A stretch of 64,000 bases of DNA, from contig CAVSQB010000016.1 of NCBI GenBank assembly GCA_963729895.1, forward strand, positions 1 to 64,000, given 5' to 3'. The notes below the pieces were generated by a model that was not told the DNA's origin, searched no databases, and saw nothing but the letters and a program-made list of their open reading frames with translations. Shown one piece after another: positions 52,235 through 62,057 of this stretch. This DNA is from an uncultured Fibrobacterota bacterium (lineage in GTDB: Bacteria; Fibrobacterota; Chitinivibrionia; Chitinivibrionales; FEN-1185). Position 1 is the stretch's first letter. Each line of letters opens with the position of its first letter. Made by a program: the position numbers and the translations under genes.

Positions 52235-52345
52235 GAGGCTGAACCTGCCTTTCCGATTTTCATGCAGCCGTTCGCCTGAAGAGCGTTTCTGCGAAAGATT
52301 CTTAAGCTGGTGTACCTTAATGCAATTGAAAAATCGACCAAATAT

Positions 52346-52383
52346 ATTAGCAAATCATTAGGAAAATGTTACAATGTGGTTAG
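52346..52383 (-). promoter_or_regulatory. Pho-box-like array upstream of pstC
   Basis: CTAAC, GTAAC, CTAAT, CTAAT at an 11-bp period. Confidence 0.75.
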
Positions 52384-52396
52384 GACGCAAAAACTC

Positions 52397-52434
52397 GGCC
52401 AACGATCGGCCTTGATAACGGCCGGTCGTTGGCC
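52397..52434 (-). terminator. Intrinsic terminator after the porin gene
   Basis: GGCCAACGATCGGCC / GGCCGGTCGTTGGCC stem, then GAGTTTTT on the - strand. Confidence 0.65.
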
Positions 52435-52450
52435 TTCAGAACATCACTCA

Positions 52451-53638
52451 TTAGTAATCGAATTCGCCGTTGAGGTAGATCTTGTTCACTGCAATGGCGC
52501 CGCCTTGAATTCTGGGAATTACGCGCTGATAGTCGAGCGCGAATTTCACCTTGGAAACAGGAGCGTACTGCAGACCGGCGATGACTGTCTGGCCGTCGGT
52601 AGTGCTGTATTTGTTCTCCGACCAGGCGTAATCGTACCTGAGGAATACTTCGAGCACTTTGATAATGTTGTACATCCCGTAGGCGGATGCGCCATGCAAA
52701 TTGTGATGAACAACGCCTGCGACTCTGAACTGGTTGTCGTATTCAAGACCAATCTTTCCCATGTTTAGAATGTTGTATCCGGCGAAAGCGGCAACGGTTT
52801 GCTGCGCAGAATCTTGGTAGTTCTTCTTCTCCGGCATCCAGTCGCCATAGAGATACAGGGTCAAATCTTTAATCGGATTGACCTGCGCCGCACCGCCGAC
52901 TTTGTAGTCGCCGTACACGTCCTGGCTCGCTTTGTAACCTTCGCCGTCGGTGACGGCGGCCGTGATCTTGAGCATATCTATGGGGTTAACCTGGACCTTT
53001 GCGCCAAGATCAGCACTCGACTCCAATCCCTGCTGATCCATAAACGTCTTGTAAATATATCGGTGTGCCCAGAACGACTCCATCACGTCAAAAGCAAAAT
53101 AGGGCAACTGCCCGACAGACAGTGTCGTCGCAGGAAGAATCCCGTTCCAGGCAACGTACGCGGTCTTCACGTAGGCGATGTAACTGTCGTTTATTTTGGT
53201 AGCAAGCGTGGTCGTTGTGGGCGGAACAGCGTTGAGTGTCGCGCTGGTGAGAGGATCGACGCGTGCAACATCAAGCAACGCGTCCGTGGTAAAAGAGCTG
53301 TTAAATTTGTAGTTGTAACCAAGATAGACCCGGGTTAGTTCAAACATGGACTTTTCGGTGTAGATGGTACTGGTGGCAGGCGGGTTCTTGGTGACATCGT
53401 AGTTCCAGTCCGCGTAGATCTTCCCGTAGAAATTCCCCTGCGGTTTCACTTCTGCAGGCTTAGTCTCGGCAGGCTTCGCTTCAGGGGCCTTCATTTCGGC
53501 AGGGGGCGGCGACGCTTGAGCGGATGTCGCCTGGGTCGTATCCTGCGGCTTGTCCTGAGCCGATGATGCGACCACGCCTCCTGATGCCAGCACAACAGAC
53601 AGAATGCTTATTGCAGTGATTGAAAAACGCGTTTTCAC
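52451..53638 (-). CDS. Outer-membrane porin, probably phosphate-selective (OprO/P-like)
   Basis: Signal peptide, amphipathic beta strands, aromatic C-terminus (EFDY); lies between pstS and pstC. Confidence 0.75.
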   Translation of the reverse strand: MKTRFSITAISILSVVLASGGVVASSAQDKPQDTTQATSAQASPPPAEMKAPEAKPAETKPAEVKPQGNFYGKIYADWNYDVTKNPPATSTIYTEKSMFELTRVYLGYNYKFNSSFTTDALLDVARVDPLTSATLNAVPPTTTTLATKINDSYIAYVKTAYVAWNGILPATTLSVGQLPYFAFDVMESFWAHRYIYKTFMDQQGLESSADLGAKVQVNPIDMLKITAAVTDGEGYKASQDVYGDYKVGGAAQVNPIKDLTLYLYGDWMPEKKNYQDSAQQTVAAFAGYNILNMGKIGLEYDNQFRVAGVVHHNLHGASAYGMYNIIKVLEVFLRYDYAWSENKYSTTDGQTVIAGLQYAPVSKVKFALDYQRVIPRIQGGAIAVNKIYLNGEFDY

Positions 53639-53698
53639 TATTCCTCCTTTTTGTAAATGTTAACAGTTCCTCAGTCGCGTCCTTTTTAACAAAGTCCC

Positions 53699-53730
53699 TC
53701 TATGTATCCCACAAAACGGGGATACATAGA
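53699..53730 (-). terminator. Stem-loop after pstS
   Basis: TCTATGTATCCC / GGGATACATAGA, perfect 12-bp stem. Confidence 0.6.
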
Positions 53731-53746
53731 AGGCGGCTGGAAAACA

Positions 53747-54799
53747 TTATTTCGTGTAAATCGCCTTTCCGTCGGCGGATTTAATACTCTTTGTCCAGGT
53801 TTCTTCAACCAGGTCGGAAACGGCCTTCGGGATGGGAACATACGCCAGCTCTTCAGCCATTTTTGCACCGCTGGCATAGCACCATGCAAAGAAACTGAGG
53901 GCGGTCTTCGCCTGATCGGGATTCGTTTGCTCGGTGTGCATCAGGATAAAGCTCGCTCCCGTGATAGGCCAGCTATCCTTGCCCGGCTGCTCGGTGAGCA
54001 CAAGGTAGAACCCGGGGGCGTTTTTCCAATCCGCGTGGGACGCGGCCGATTGGAACGTTTCGGCGGTGGGCTTGATAAAGGCGCCGTCATGGGAGGACAG
54101 CATCGTATAGGCGAGTTTGTTCTGCAATGCATACGCATATTCAACGTAACCGATGGAGCCGGGAGTCTGGCCCGTGAAATTGGCGACGCCTTCGTTGCCT
54201 TTGCCGCCGATACCGGCGGGCCATTCGACCGACGCATTATTGCCCACCTTATCGGCCCATTCCTTGCTCACCTTCATCAGGTAGTTCGTAAAGAGAAAGG
54301 TGGTGCCTGACCCGTCGGAACGATGAACAACGGCGATGTCCTGATCGGGCAGCTTTACCTTCGGGTTCATTTTGGTTATTGCCGGATCGTTCCATTTCTT
54401 GACTTTTCCAAGGTAAATGTCGGCAAGAACCGGCCCGGAAAGTTTGAGATCTCCCGCGTTGATCCCTTTGATATTGACAACAGGAACCACTCCGCCCATG
54501 ATCATGGGCCATTGCACGAGGCCGTCCTCTTTCAGCTTGTCTTCCTTGAGGGGCATGTCCGAGGCGCCGAAATCGACCGTTTTCGCCTCGATCTGCTTGA
54601 TGCCACCGCCCGAACCGATCGACTGGTAATTCAGGCTGACGCCCCGTTCGCCTTTGTAGGCCTCGGCCCATTTCGCATACACCGGATACGGGAATGTTGC
54701 GCCCGCGCCGGTAATATCCCCGGCCGAGGCGCTTGACGGGATCGACAAGCATGCAAACGAAACTGCCAGACAACCCAACCCAAAGACACGTGCCTTCAT
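53747..54799 (-). CDS. pstS: Phosphate-binding protein
   Basis: GAGATFP, GSGGG, HRSDGSGTT, WPI; AAGGAGG RBS before ATG 54799. Confidence 0.97.
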   Translation of the reverse strand: MKARVFGLGCLAVSFACLSIPSSASAGDITGAGATFPYPVYAKWAEAYKGERGVSLNYQSIGSGGGIKQIEAKTVDFGASDMPLKEDKLKEDGLVQWPMIMGGVVPVVNIKGINAGDLKLSGPVLADIYLGKVKKWNDPAITKMNPKVKLPDQDIAVVHRSDGSGTTFLFTNYLMKVSKEWADKVGNNASVEWPAGIGGKGNEGVANFTGQTPGSIGYVEYAYALQNKLAYTMLSSHDGAFIKPTAETFQSAASHADWKNAPGFYLVLTEQPGKDSWPITGASFILMHTEQTNPDQAKTALSFFAWCYASGAKMAEELAYVPIPKAVSDLVEETWTKSIKSADGKAIYTK

Positions 54800-55014
54800 G
54801 GCAACCTCCTTTTTGATGGTGTGTGTATCGACGTCTTCAAATAGCTGGCGAACCTGCAACAATTGGGTATCTTCCAAATTCCCACAATCCGAGTTAGAAA
54901 CTTTCCCGACGTGGCCCCCTTTCATTTCCACGTTGCGTCCCTTCTTCGCTGCTGCCGTTCCGGCCTTCGGCGCAGGGTTGAAGAAAAAAAATGGGAGACG
55001 CCGGTTTCCTGCAA

Positions 55015-55136
55015 GTTAGGACTTTGTTAGAATTGGATGAGCAACAATTTTCTTGCTACGGATTTAACTGCGAAACGGTAATAAAATGCCGTGTGATTAT
55101 GATTCTATAATGTGATATCGGTTAGTTTTTCGTTAG
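55015..55136 (-). promoter_or_regulatory. Two Pho-box-like arrays upstream of pstS
   Basis: CTAAC/CTAAC (55132, 55121) and CTCAT/CTAAC/CTAAC (55037, 55026, 55015), 11-bp period. Confidence 0.7.
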
Positions 55137-55201
55137 CGCAAGTCCGGAATACGGACCTACACGTGCCGGAAAGAATTTGGTCGCGTCATGGTTCCGGACG
55201 G

Positions 55202-55255
55202 CTAACGAATTTCTAGCAACTGTGTCATGTATTTCTAAATGACGAAGCATAATTT
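55202..55255 (+). promoter_or_regulatory. Pho-box-like array plus -10 element for the response regulator
   Basis: CTAAC, CTAGC, GTCAT, CTAAA at an 11-bp period; TAATTT 10 bp downstream. Confidence 0.68.
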
Positions 55256-55299
55256 CCTTTCATGATACGATATTTCCTTATACTAGGCAGACGAAAGCG

Positions 55300-55716
55300 A
55301 TGGCCTCCAATCATGGGTCTGCCCGGACCAATGCCCCTATGATCCCTTGCAAAATTCTGGTTGTTGAAGATGATCCGCACATAAGCGAGCTCATAAAGAT
55401 CACGGTCTCGTCCCCCCTTTACGCAATAACCTGTGTCGACACCGGCAGCGAGGCGCTTGCAAAACTCATGGAGGATAAGCCCAACCTTGTTCTTCTCGAC
55501 ATTCTTATGCCGGAACCCGACGGCTGGTCGCTCTACAAAACCATCCGCAACAACCCCGGGCTGGCGCACACCCGGGTCATTATTCTCAGTGCTTTGCCAA
55601 TCAAGCCCGAAGTGCTGATGGAGAAGAATCTCTTGCCTACCGACATGTTCATGGCAAAGCCGTTCGATCTGGATGATCTGAGGATAAATGTGAGGAACAT
55701 GCTGACGGGCGGATAA
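55300..55716 (+). CDS. Single-domain response regulator (REC only); start may be 55339
   Basis: ILVVEDD, LLDILMP, ILSA, KPF. Confidence 0.9.
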   Translation: MASNHGSARTNAPMIPCKILVVEDDPHISELIKITVSSPLYAITCVDTGSEALAKLMEDKPNLVLLDILMPEPDGWSLYKTIRNNPGLAHTRVIILSALPIKPEVLMEKNLLPTDMFMAKPFDLDDLRINVRNMLTGG

Positions 55717-55796
55717 GTGGAAGATTTTCCACACCCGTCGATTTGAAGGGTTCCCTAGTTGTCGGCAGAGGTAGTTTGTTCCAGGCTGGAAAGTGC

Positions 55797-57002
55797 TCAA
55801 CATCCGGAACAACGACCGCTTGGGGCACCGATCCTCTTGTTGTGGCCTCCAAGGGCGGGGATCATCCGCGATGAAAAGAACGAGACAAGCGGCACCGCCA
55901 GAATCACGGCGATGCTGCCTGAAACCGCCTGAATGACATATATGCCGATCATATTATTATTTATCAATTGATAATATGAGACATCCCAGGCGTAAAGCAG
56001 GACCAGCATATTGAGTGAGGTTCCCGTGAAGGCGACGATCAGGGTGTTGGCCATGGTACCCATCATGTCGCGTCCCACGTTCATGCCGGAGTTGAATAGA
56101 TCCTTTACCCTCAGGGCGCTGTTGCTTGCAAAGACCTCGTGCACCGACGCGGCAATGGAAATGGCAATATCCATAATGGCGCCTAAAGACGAGATCAGGA
56201 TTGCCGCGAACAGAAGTTCACCGGCCTTCATGTGCGTTTTCCCCGCGATCTGGATAAGCATGTCCGCCTCGTTGGTGCTGAATCCGGAAAGGCGGGTGAT
56301 TTTGAGGGCCGCCATCAGAAAAAGCACCGACACAACTACTCCCGACATCGTGCCGAGAATGGCGGAAAAAGTCTTTGCGGTGAAACCTCCGAGCAAGACC
56401 AGTGTCACGCACAGGGTGACCGTCACCACACCCATCGAAGCGAAGGCGGGAGAATAGCCTCGGTACAGCATGGGAATGAAAAGGAAGATGATACCGGTAA
56501 AGGTGAAAACGATTCCCAAAACGGATCTGGCGCCCCGGCTTCCTCCGATGGCGCACAGAATCGCGAAAAAAAACAGGACTAGCAGGTAAAGGTATGGTTC
56601 CCGGTTATAACTATAGATCCATGCATCATAGGTATTCTTATTGGCGGTATCGATGCAGACGATTACCCCGGCGCCTACCCGGGCCCGGACATTGGTGGTG
56701 TAGTTGAGAGTGTTCCTCACGGACATCACTTCGCCCTTGTGCTCGCCGGTAAGAACTTTGATTTTGACGGTCTGTCCGCCCACGTCTAACCCCGTCGCGC
56801 TATCTTTTGTCAATGACTCTCTCTCCACCGCTACCACGCGCGCCTTTTCATAGCGGACATAAGAACCGGGAGCCGAACTATAGAGATGATGGATCCGCGT
56901 GTGGCTGTAGAAAAGAAGTATCAGTCCCACATATATCGCCAATGCCGCGGCGCCTGCGAGAGCATGCGCGACCTTACTGTTTGTTAAATCTCTTAGCTTC
57001 AT
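55797..57002 (-). CDS. YibE/F family membrane protein
   Basis: LGAIMDIAISIAA, GMNVGRDMMGTMANTL. Confidence 0.9.
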   Translation of the reverse strand: MKLRDLTNSKVAHALAGAAALAIYVGLILLFYSHTRIHHLYSSAPGSYVRYEKARVVAVERESLTKDSATGLDVGGQTVKIKVLTGEHKGEVMSVRNTLNYTTNVRARVGAGVIVCIDTANKNTYDAWIYSYNREPYLYLLVLFFFAILCAIGGSRGARSVLGIVFTFTGIIFLFIPMLYRGYSPAFASMGVVTVTLCVTLVLLGGFTAKTFSAILGTMSGVVVSVLFLMAALKITRLSGFSTNEADMLIQIAGKTHMKAGELLFAAILISSLGAIMDIAISIAASVHEVFASNSALRVKDLFNSGMNVGRDMMGTMANTLIVAFTGTSLNMLVLLYAWDVSYYQLINNNMIGIYVIQAVSGSIAVILAVPLVSFFSSRMIPALGGHNKRIGAPSGRCSGC

Positions 57003-57046
57003 GCGAAACGTTCTTTGATCACTCTTCGGTTAACGGCACGCGTTCA

Positions 57047-57084
57047 ACCAATAATCCACCCGCATAGGGGGGTGGATTATTGGT
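57047..57084. other. Perfect 15-bp intercistronic stem-loop
   Basis: ACCAATAATCCACCC / GGGTGGATTATTGGT with an 8-nt loop. Confidence 0.7.
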
Positions 57085-57097
57085 GAGAAACAAGCGA

Positions 57098-58738
57098 TCA
57101 GGGCTGGATCAAAGCCAACGGCACGCTTCCATTATGATATCCCGTGATCTTGAGCAGGTAGAATCCGGAACACAGCGATCCCGCAAGAGGAATCTTTTGT
57201 GAGTAACCGTTGAAGACCCTCTGACCCAGGTCGAGCACCCTTGCGCCCGAAGCGCTGAAGATTTCGAGTCTGGCCTTTCCCTCCAGTCCTTGGACAACCA
57301 ACGTTCCCTGGACCAGCCGGGCCGCCAGAGACAAACCGTGTCCCCTTGCTGTGACGGTTGGCATTGCCCGGACGGAGCCGTTCTTGACAATAGTGTAGCT
57401 GTCGATAGGCGCTGTCTGCATGCTGCCGTTGATAGCATACGTGACGATGGAGAATGTGTCGGCATGTATCTTGACGCGGGAGAATGTGGGCTCGTTTTGC
57501 TGCCAGAAGTATTTGGTGTAAACGGGGTACGTTGTCACGTTGTTGACGACGAACGTCGAGTTAAGGGGATAGTATTTGCTGCCGCTGCCCGAATTAAGAG
57601 TCATATAGAGGGTGCCCTGAGGATTCACGGCCATCACACTGTCAGCCGCCCTTGACACGGGTAGACCGCCGAGCATCTGATACGATCTGGTGTACGAATG
57701 GTCATGGCCGGACAGGACAACATCGATGCCATACTTGTCAAAAACCGGCGGGTACGCACTTCTTCTGAATAGAATGTCGGCGTCCAATGCATGGTCGGCA
57801 TCACTGTACAGCGAATGATGGAAGCACACGATTTTCCACATGGCCTTCGGGTTGACGGCTGTGGCCTGCCCGATAAAGACATCGTGCGTGGCGGCGCTTT
57901 GGGTATTGCTGTTGATCACCATAAAGAGGGTGTTGCCATAGGTAAACCAATAGTCGCCGTCGTTTCCGTAAGCGGTGGCGCCATCTTGCGCCGACTGGTT
58001 GGGCAGATTGTAGTGGCACCCGTAATAATGACCCAGACCATAATCATGGTTTCCGTCAATTGTGGCAACAGGGAGGCCAAGCAATTGCGGCGTGCTAAAG
58101 TACCCGTTGTACTGCAGATCCGCACCCGTTCGAGAGGTTGTGTTGTCAATCTGATCTCCGAGCGAAATCATGAAACTGGCATTTGAAACCATGGGCACGG
58201 CAACAGACATGGCGTTCTGCCAGCCCAACGTGTCGTAACTGAGAACATTACTGTCTTGAGCGGCAATGCCGCCCGTGGAAGCGCCGATCTGCGGATCGCC
58301 TACCGCGATGATGACAAAGGAACCGGTGTCCCTGGTCTGGATCGTGTGAGAATCGCTCCACGTTGAATCGTGGCCGACACGGTATGTGTAACCTGTGGAA
58401 AGCGCAAGCCCGGTCACCGTCACCCTGTTCTGATACCACCCGGCCAGAATGATTCCCGTCGTTGAATCGTACATCGCTTGCGACGACGTAGTGCCGGTGA
58501 ATTTGGCAGTATCGCCGCCGCTTGTTTTGACAATTTGAACTGCAGGAGTGTGGGCAGAGTTGGTGGCCCAGGAAAAACAGAGTTGAGATGCATCGCTGCC
58601 CGGCGTTATGTTGAGCCAGGAATTAGGGGCATGGACTGCGTCGGGAACATCGGCAATTGCGGGTGCCGCTATTGAGACCAGAACTATCGCCAAAGGCGCC
58701 AACAGAAAATTCCTGTATCTTACGAGTTTGACTGACAT
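57098..58738 (-). CDS. Secreted purple-acid-phosphatase-like metallophosphoesterase (FN3 + catalytic + T9SS-like C-terminal domain)
   Basis: GDPQ, GDQID, GNHD, FHH, GHDHSY; signal peptide. Confidence 0.88.
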   Translation of the reverse strand: MSVKLVRYRNFLLAPLAIVLVSIAAPAIADVPDAVHAPNSWLNITPGSDASQLCFSWATNSAHTPAVQIVKTSGGDTAKFTGTTSSQAMYDSTTGIILAGWYQNRVTVTGLALSTGYTYRVGHDSTWSDSHTIQTRDTGSFVIIAVGDPQIGASTGGIAAQDSNVLSYDTLGWQNAMSVAVPMVSNASFMISLGDQIDNTTSRTGADLQYNGYFSTPQLLGLPVATIDGNHDYGLGHYYGCHYNLPNQSAQDGATAYGNDGDYWFTYGNTLFMVINSNTQSAATHDVFIGQATAVNPKAMWKIVCFHHSLYSDADHALDADILFRRSAYPPVFDKYGIDVVLSGHDHSYTRSYQMLGGLPVSRAADSVMAVNPQGTLYMTLNSGSGSKYYPLNSTFVVNNVTTYPVYTKYFWQQNEPTFSRVKIHADTFSIVTYAINGSMQTAPIDSYTIVKNGSVRAMPTVTARGHGLSLAARLVQGTLVVQGLEGKARLEIFSASGARVLDLGQRVFNGYSQKIPLAGSLCSGFYLLKITGYHNGSVPLALIQP

Positions 58739-58936
58739 GGGTTCCCCTCCTTGTTAACTTCTAATCCGTTTTCTCCGATTGAATTCGAACGTTCTCCTTC
58801 GGCAAAACCAAATCCATCTTTGTGTGTTCCAGTGAGTCCTCCTTTTCTTTGAGAGTTTAGGCGGTGTGCAGCTCAACCATGATTCCGAACATCGCTGTCG
58901 AGATTTTTTCATGCCCAAGAAATATCGCAGTCCGGC

Positions 58937-58974
58937 GTTAGTTGTTTATGAAATGTCCATTACATTTCGATGAG
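58937..58974 (-). promoter_or_regulatory. Pho-box-like array upstream of the phosphatase
   Basis: CTCAT, GTAAT, TTCAT, CTAAC at an 11-bp period. Confidence 0.62.
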
Positions 58975-59127
58975 ATGCTTTTCGCGGCCATGGAAGTCTT
59001 CCGCACCGGAAGGTCCCTTGTCGATGCTTTTGAGGACAAACTGCCGAAGGATGATGATGAGGAAATGCCGTTTAGGCCGCGCGATCTGAGCTACAGGCAC
59101 TGCGGCCGAAGCGTTGTGCGCTATGTT

Positions 59128-60015
59128 TCAGGAGGCTGCAACGGAATAGTCGGACGGGAGAATCACGGCGGGCGGCGCGTCAAGAAGACCATCAATCGCG
59201 GCCCCCGCGCGCTCCTTTTGACTTTCGGCATACTCCGGTCCGCACATGCCCGCGGCGGCATTTACCAGGCGCGCGCGGTCGGCATTCAGCAGGCCGGCGG
59301 CGATGAGAACGAGTTGCGAAACAATACGCCGCGGAAGCGGCAGTTCCAGGAAATCGGCCCGCCCGGAAGTGACCGCACGAATTCGGTCGTGGGCGCTCAG
59401 CGAATGCGGGGAAATCCTTCCTTTGACCGCCTTCAGCAGGCCTGCCGTTTCGTGCGCCGTACTTGTCGACGGAACAAGAAAGTGCGGGAGAATGTGGCAG
59501 CGCACCGCGGACAGGCTAGACCGTGTGTCGAGCTCGGCGCAGAACCGCTTGACAACAGATAACGAGATGGGCGACAGATCGGTCGGCACAATACTATGGT
59601 CGGAGGCGTGCAGGGCAAGTTCGTGGACAGTGCCGAATCCGGGCGGCGTGTCGATTAGGACGTAGTCGTAGCGGGATGAGAAGTTGAAAAACTCGAAGCG
59701 TTTGCGAAGCTGGAACACATCGCGCGAACTCGTGTCGCACAGCGAATCGCACAGGGTAATATACTCCAGCGTTTTGCAGGCGGTGGCGCGAAGCAGGTGC
59801 GACAGTACCCCGGAAGCATGCGCGGTGGGCGCGCCCGGATTGCAGGTCCCCGGCGCCGGAAAGCCGCCGAGCAAAGTGGACAAGTGATATTGGCACCTAT
59901 CAAGATCAAGGGCAAGAACCCGGTATCCTGCTGCGGAAAGGACCCGGCACAAGAGCGCTGCAGCCGTGGTTTTTCCGACTCCCCCCTTGTATTGGACAAA
60001 TGATACTGCTATCAT
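59128..60015 (-). CDS. Orphan ParA/MinD-family ATPase
   Basis: KGGVGKTT, LDLD, IDTPP; no parB nearby. Confidence 0.85.
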   Translation of the reverse strand: MIAVSFVQYKGGVGKTTAAALLCRVLSAAGYRVLALDLDRCQYHLSTLLGGFPAPGTCNPGAPTAHASGVLSHLLRATACKTLEYITLCDSLCDTSSRDVFQLRKRFEFFNFSSRYDYVLIDTPPGFGTVHELALHASDHSIVPTDLSPISLSVVKRFCAELDTRSSLSAVRCHILPHFLVPSTSTAHETAGLLKAVKGRISPHSLSAHDRIRAVTSGRADFLELPLPRRIVSQLVLIAAGLLNADRARLVNAAAGMCGPEYAESQKERAGAAIDGLLDAPPAVILPSDYSVAAS

Positions 60016-60049
60016 GTGGTAAAAAATAGCGGAAGAGTGCTGGTGTGCG

Positions 60050-60076
60050 GTGAGGATTCGGTTAGTAATCGGTAAG
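60050..60076 (-). promoter_or_regulatory. Pho-box-like array upstream of the ParA-like gene
   Basis: CTTAC, CTAAC, CTCAC at an 11-bp period. Confidence 0.62.
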
Positions 60077-60159
60077 CGGCCATGGCACCGGGCAACCTTC
60101 TTGCGAAGCGGCGGCGGCCGCCGCCATTCTTTTTTGCAGGGCCCGCCGGGCACGCAGTC

Positions 60160-60202
60160 CTTACCATTTTCTCACAGAAGGCTAATTCATGCACGGTATT
60201 TT
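60160..60202 (+). promoter_or_regulatory. Pho-box-like array plus -10 element for the CBS kinase
   Basis: CTTAC, CTCAC, CTAAT at an 11-bp period; TATTTT 10 bp downstream. Confidence 0.65.
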
Positions 60203-60763
60203 GTTGCGAGCGGCAAGGATCCCGGCTTCGTGAATCTACCGGATTTTTGAGGGAACCTTGGTCCTTTCGCCGCGGGGTGTTGCCATGAATATTTCCAACT
60301 ACATCAAGCGTCTGCCGCCCATTCCTCTGTCGGCCGGCATGTATGATGTTTTCGGCATTTTCCGCAACAATAAGGAAGCGACTTTTTTTCCGGTCGTCAA
60401 CGACCTTGGCGTGGTCGTCGGCGTGGTACGCGAGTACAATCTTAAGGACTATACCTACGGCATGTTCGGCCGGGAGCTCATAAAGCGGGAACCCATCACC
60501 CACTTCATAACGCACAGCCTTATCGTGTCAATCGACACGCCGCTGGAAGAGGTGCTGCGGCTTTCCGCCTCGAATGAGAATCCCGACGGCATTGTCGTGA
60601 CGAAAGACGGCGCCTACGACGGCATCGTTCTGAACGGCAGCCTGCTATGGCTGTTTGAGGAAATTCGAAAACAGACCCGCGCACGCCTGCTTCAGGCTCA
60701 GAAAATGGAATCCATAGGGACCATGGCCGGCGGCATTGCGCATGATTTCAACAATATTCTTAT

Positions 60764-62057
60764 GGGGACCTCTAAAAATTCTGTAAAATAGTAGATTCCA
60801 AGATCATGTTGACAGATAGTATTATTTCGCGATGTCAGGGCGTCTATTTGTCTGATAGGTGCCCAAAACTGTTCTTTTTTCGGTCCCTTTGGGGGCCTTG
60901 TGCGGTCCTGTCCCGCTTTTCAGGCGTGGCACTCAAGATATGCAAAGCGTTTTATGTTGTAAACCAGGTTCAGGAGTCCTATCTTCGCCGCGGCCCTCAG
61001 CCGCCCGATACACCTGATCCTGCCACGAAACATGATTTCTATTTGAGCAAACACATGTTCTATACGCGATCTGACTTTGGATTTCTTCCGGTTCTGTGCC
61101 AATTGTGCTTCCGTCAATGGTGCGCCACGAGTCCCTTTGACACATATTTTGCTTCTGTACCAGAGATAATCAAGCCTTTGTTCCGCCTTTTCCGAATGAT
61201 ACGCGCTGTCGGCAAACACGTCCGCGTTCGTGTTCTCAGGATTAAGGAGAGGTTCAAGCATATTGGAGTCGTGCACTTCTGCGGATGTCGCCGCATAGTC
61301 TCGAATGATTTTATGCTTCGCGTCTACCGACGCATGGTTCTTGTAGCCAAAAAACGTCTGATCGTTCTTCTTCGTCCATCGCGCATCAACATCTTTCTGA
61401 CGAAGTTTCTCAGGGTGCTTTTCCCATTCCTGCGGCGTGCCCCCGTTCTTGATTTCTTTATTCTCCTCCCGCGTGTTTCTCTGGCGAGGTACCTCGACAA
61501 AACTCGCATCTATTATTTGGCCTTTCTGGGCAGTGTAACCCGCTTCGTTCAACTGACGACCGAACAGGTCAAACAGCTTCTTGACAACGCCTGCTTGTGT
61601 CAGCGTTTCCCGAAACAACCAGACCGTTTTCTCGTCGGGAATGCTATCCTCGGAAGTGAGTTCAAGAAACCGTTTGAACGTCAATCGGTCCAGAATCTGA
61701 AACTGGGTTTGCGCATCGGAAAGCCCATACATCGTCTGCAACACGAGAATCTTGAACATCAGGATATAATCGTACGGTGGACGACCGGCGTTGCTCTTCC
61801 GTTCCTTGCGAAAAGCCTTGTCAATAACAGGACGAAAACTCTTCCAACGTATGGCCCGATTGATGGTTTCAAGAGGGTCTCCCATTTCGGAAAGCTCGGA
61901 AAGGCGATTCTCAAGGTCAAAAAGGCCTATCTGTCCCATCGCAATATCCTCCAGACGGTAGTGGGTTCGCAGGTTTGTTGTCTGGAATTAAAATAATTGA
62001 CGAAATAGCCTTTGTCAAGCATTAATTGGGCAAATTAGGCAATTTTTAGAGGTCCCC
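60764..62057 (-). mobile_element. Complete IS5-family insertion sequence (1294 bp), second type
   Basis: Perfect 17-bp IR GGGGACCTCTAAAAATT; TTAT duplicated (60760-60763 and 62058-62061). A 16-bp IR with a 6-bp CTTATG duplication also fits. Confidence 0.96.
60920..61939 (-). CDS. IS5-family transposase
   Basis: GRPPYD, IIDASFV, FGYKNH, ADSAY, RSRIEHVFA. Confidence 0.95.
   Translation of the reverse strand: MGQIGLFDLENRLSELSEMGDPLETINRAIRWKSFRPVIDKAFRKERKSNAGRPPYDYILMFKILVLQTMYGLSDAQTQFQILDRLTFKRFLELTSEDSIPDEKTVWLFRETLTQAGVVKKLFDLFGRQLNEAGYTAQKGQIIDASFVEVPRQRNTREENKEIKNGGTPQEWEKHPEKLRQKDVDARWTKKNDQTFFGYKNHASVDAKHKIIRDYAATSAEVHDSNMLEPLLNPENTNADVFADSAYHSEKAEQRLDYLWYRSKICVKGTRGAPLTEAQLAQNRKKSKVRSRIEHVFAQIEIMFRGRIRCIGRLRAAAKIGLLNLVYNIKRFAYLECHA

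Noticed and set aside
53440..53500. Short repeats in the porin gene (K-P-A-E type)
   Set aside because: Low-complexity periplasmic linker, not a DNA repeat element
54800..54931. 44-aa N-terminal extension of PstS
   Set aside because: The strong RBS and signal peptide begin at 54799; no riboswitch recognised in the leader
59128..60015. Plasmid or chromosome partition locus
   Set aside because: No parB, rep or parS-like array; the surroundings are chromosomal
60090..60104. GGGCAA-CCTTC-TTGC sigma-54-like motif before the CBS kinase
   Set aside because: Weak match; the Pho-like array with a -10 at 60160-60202 explains the promoter better
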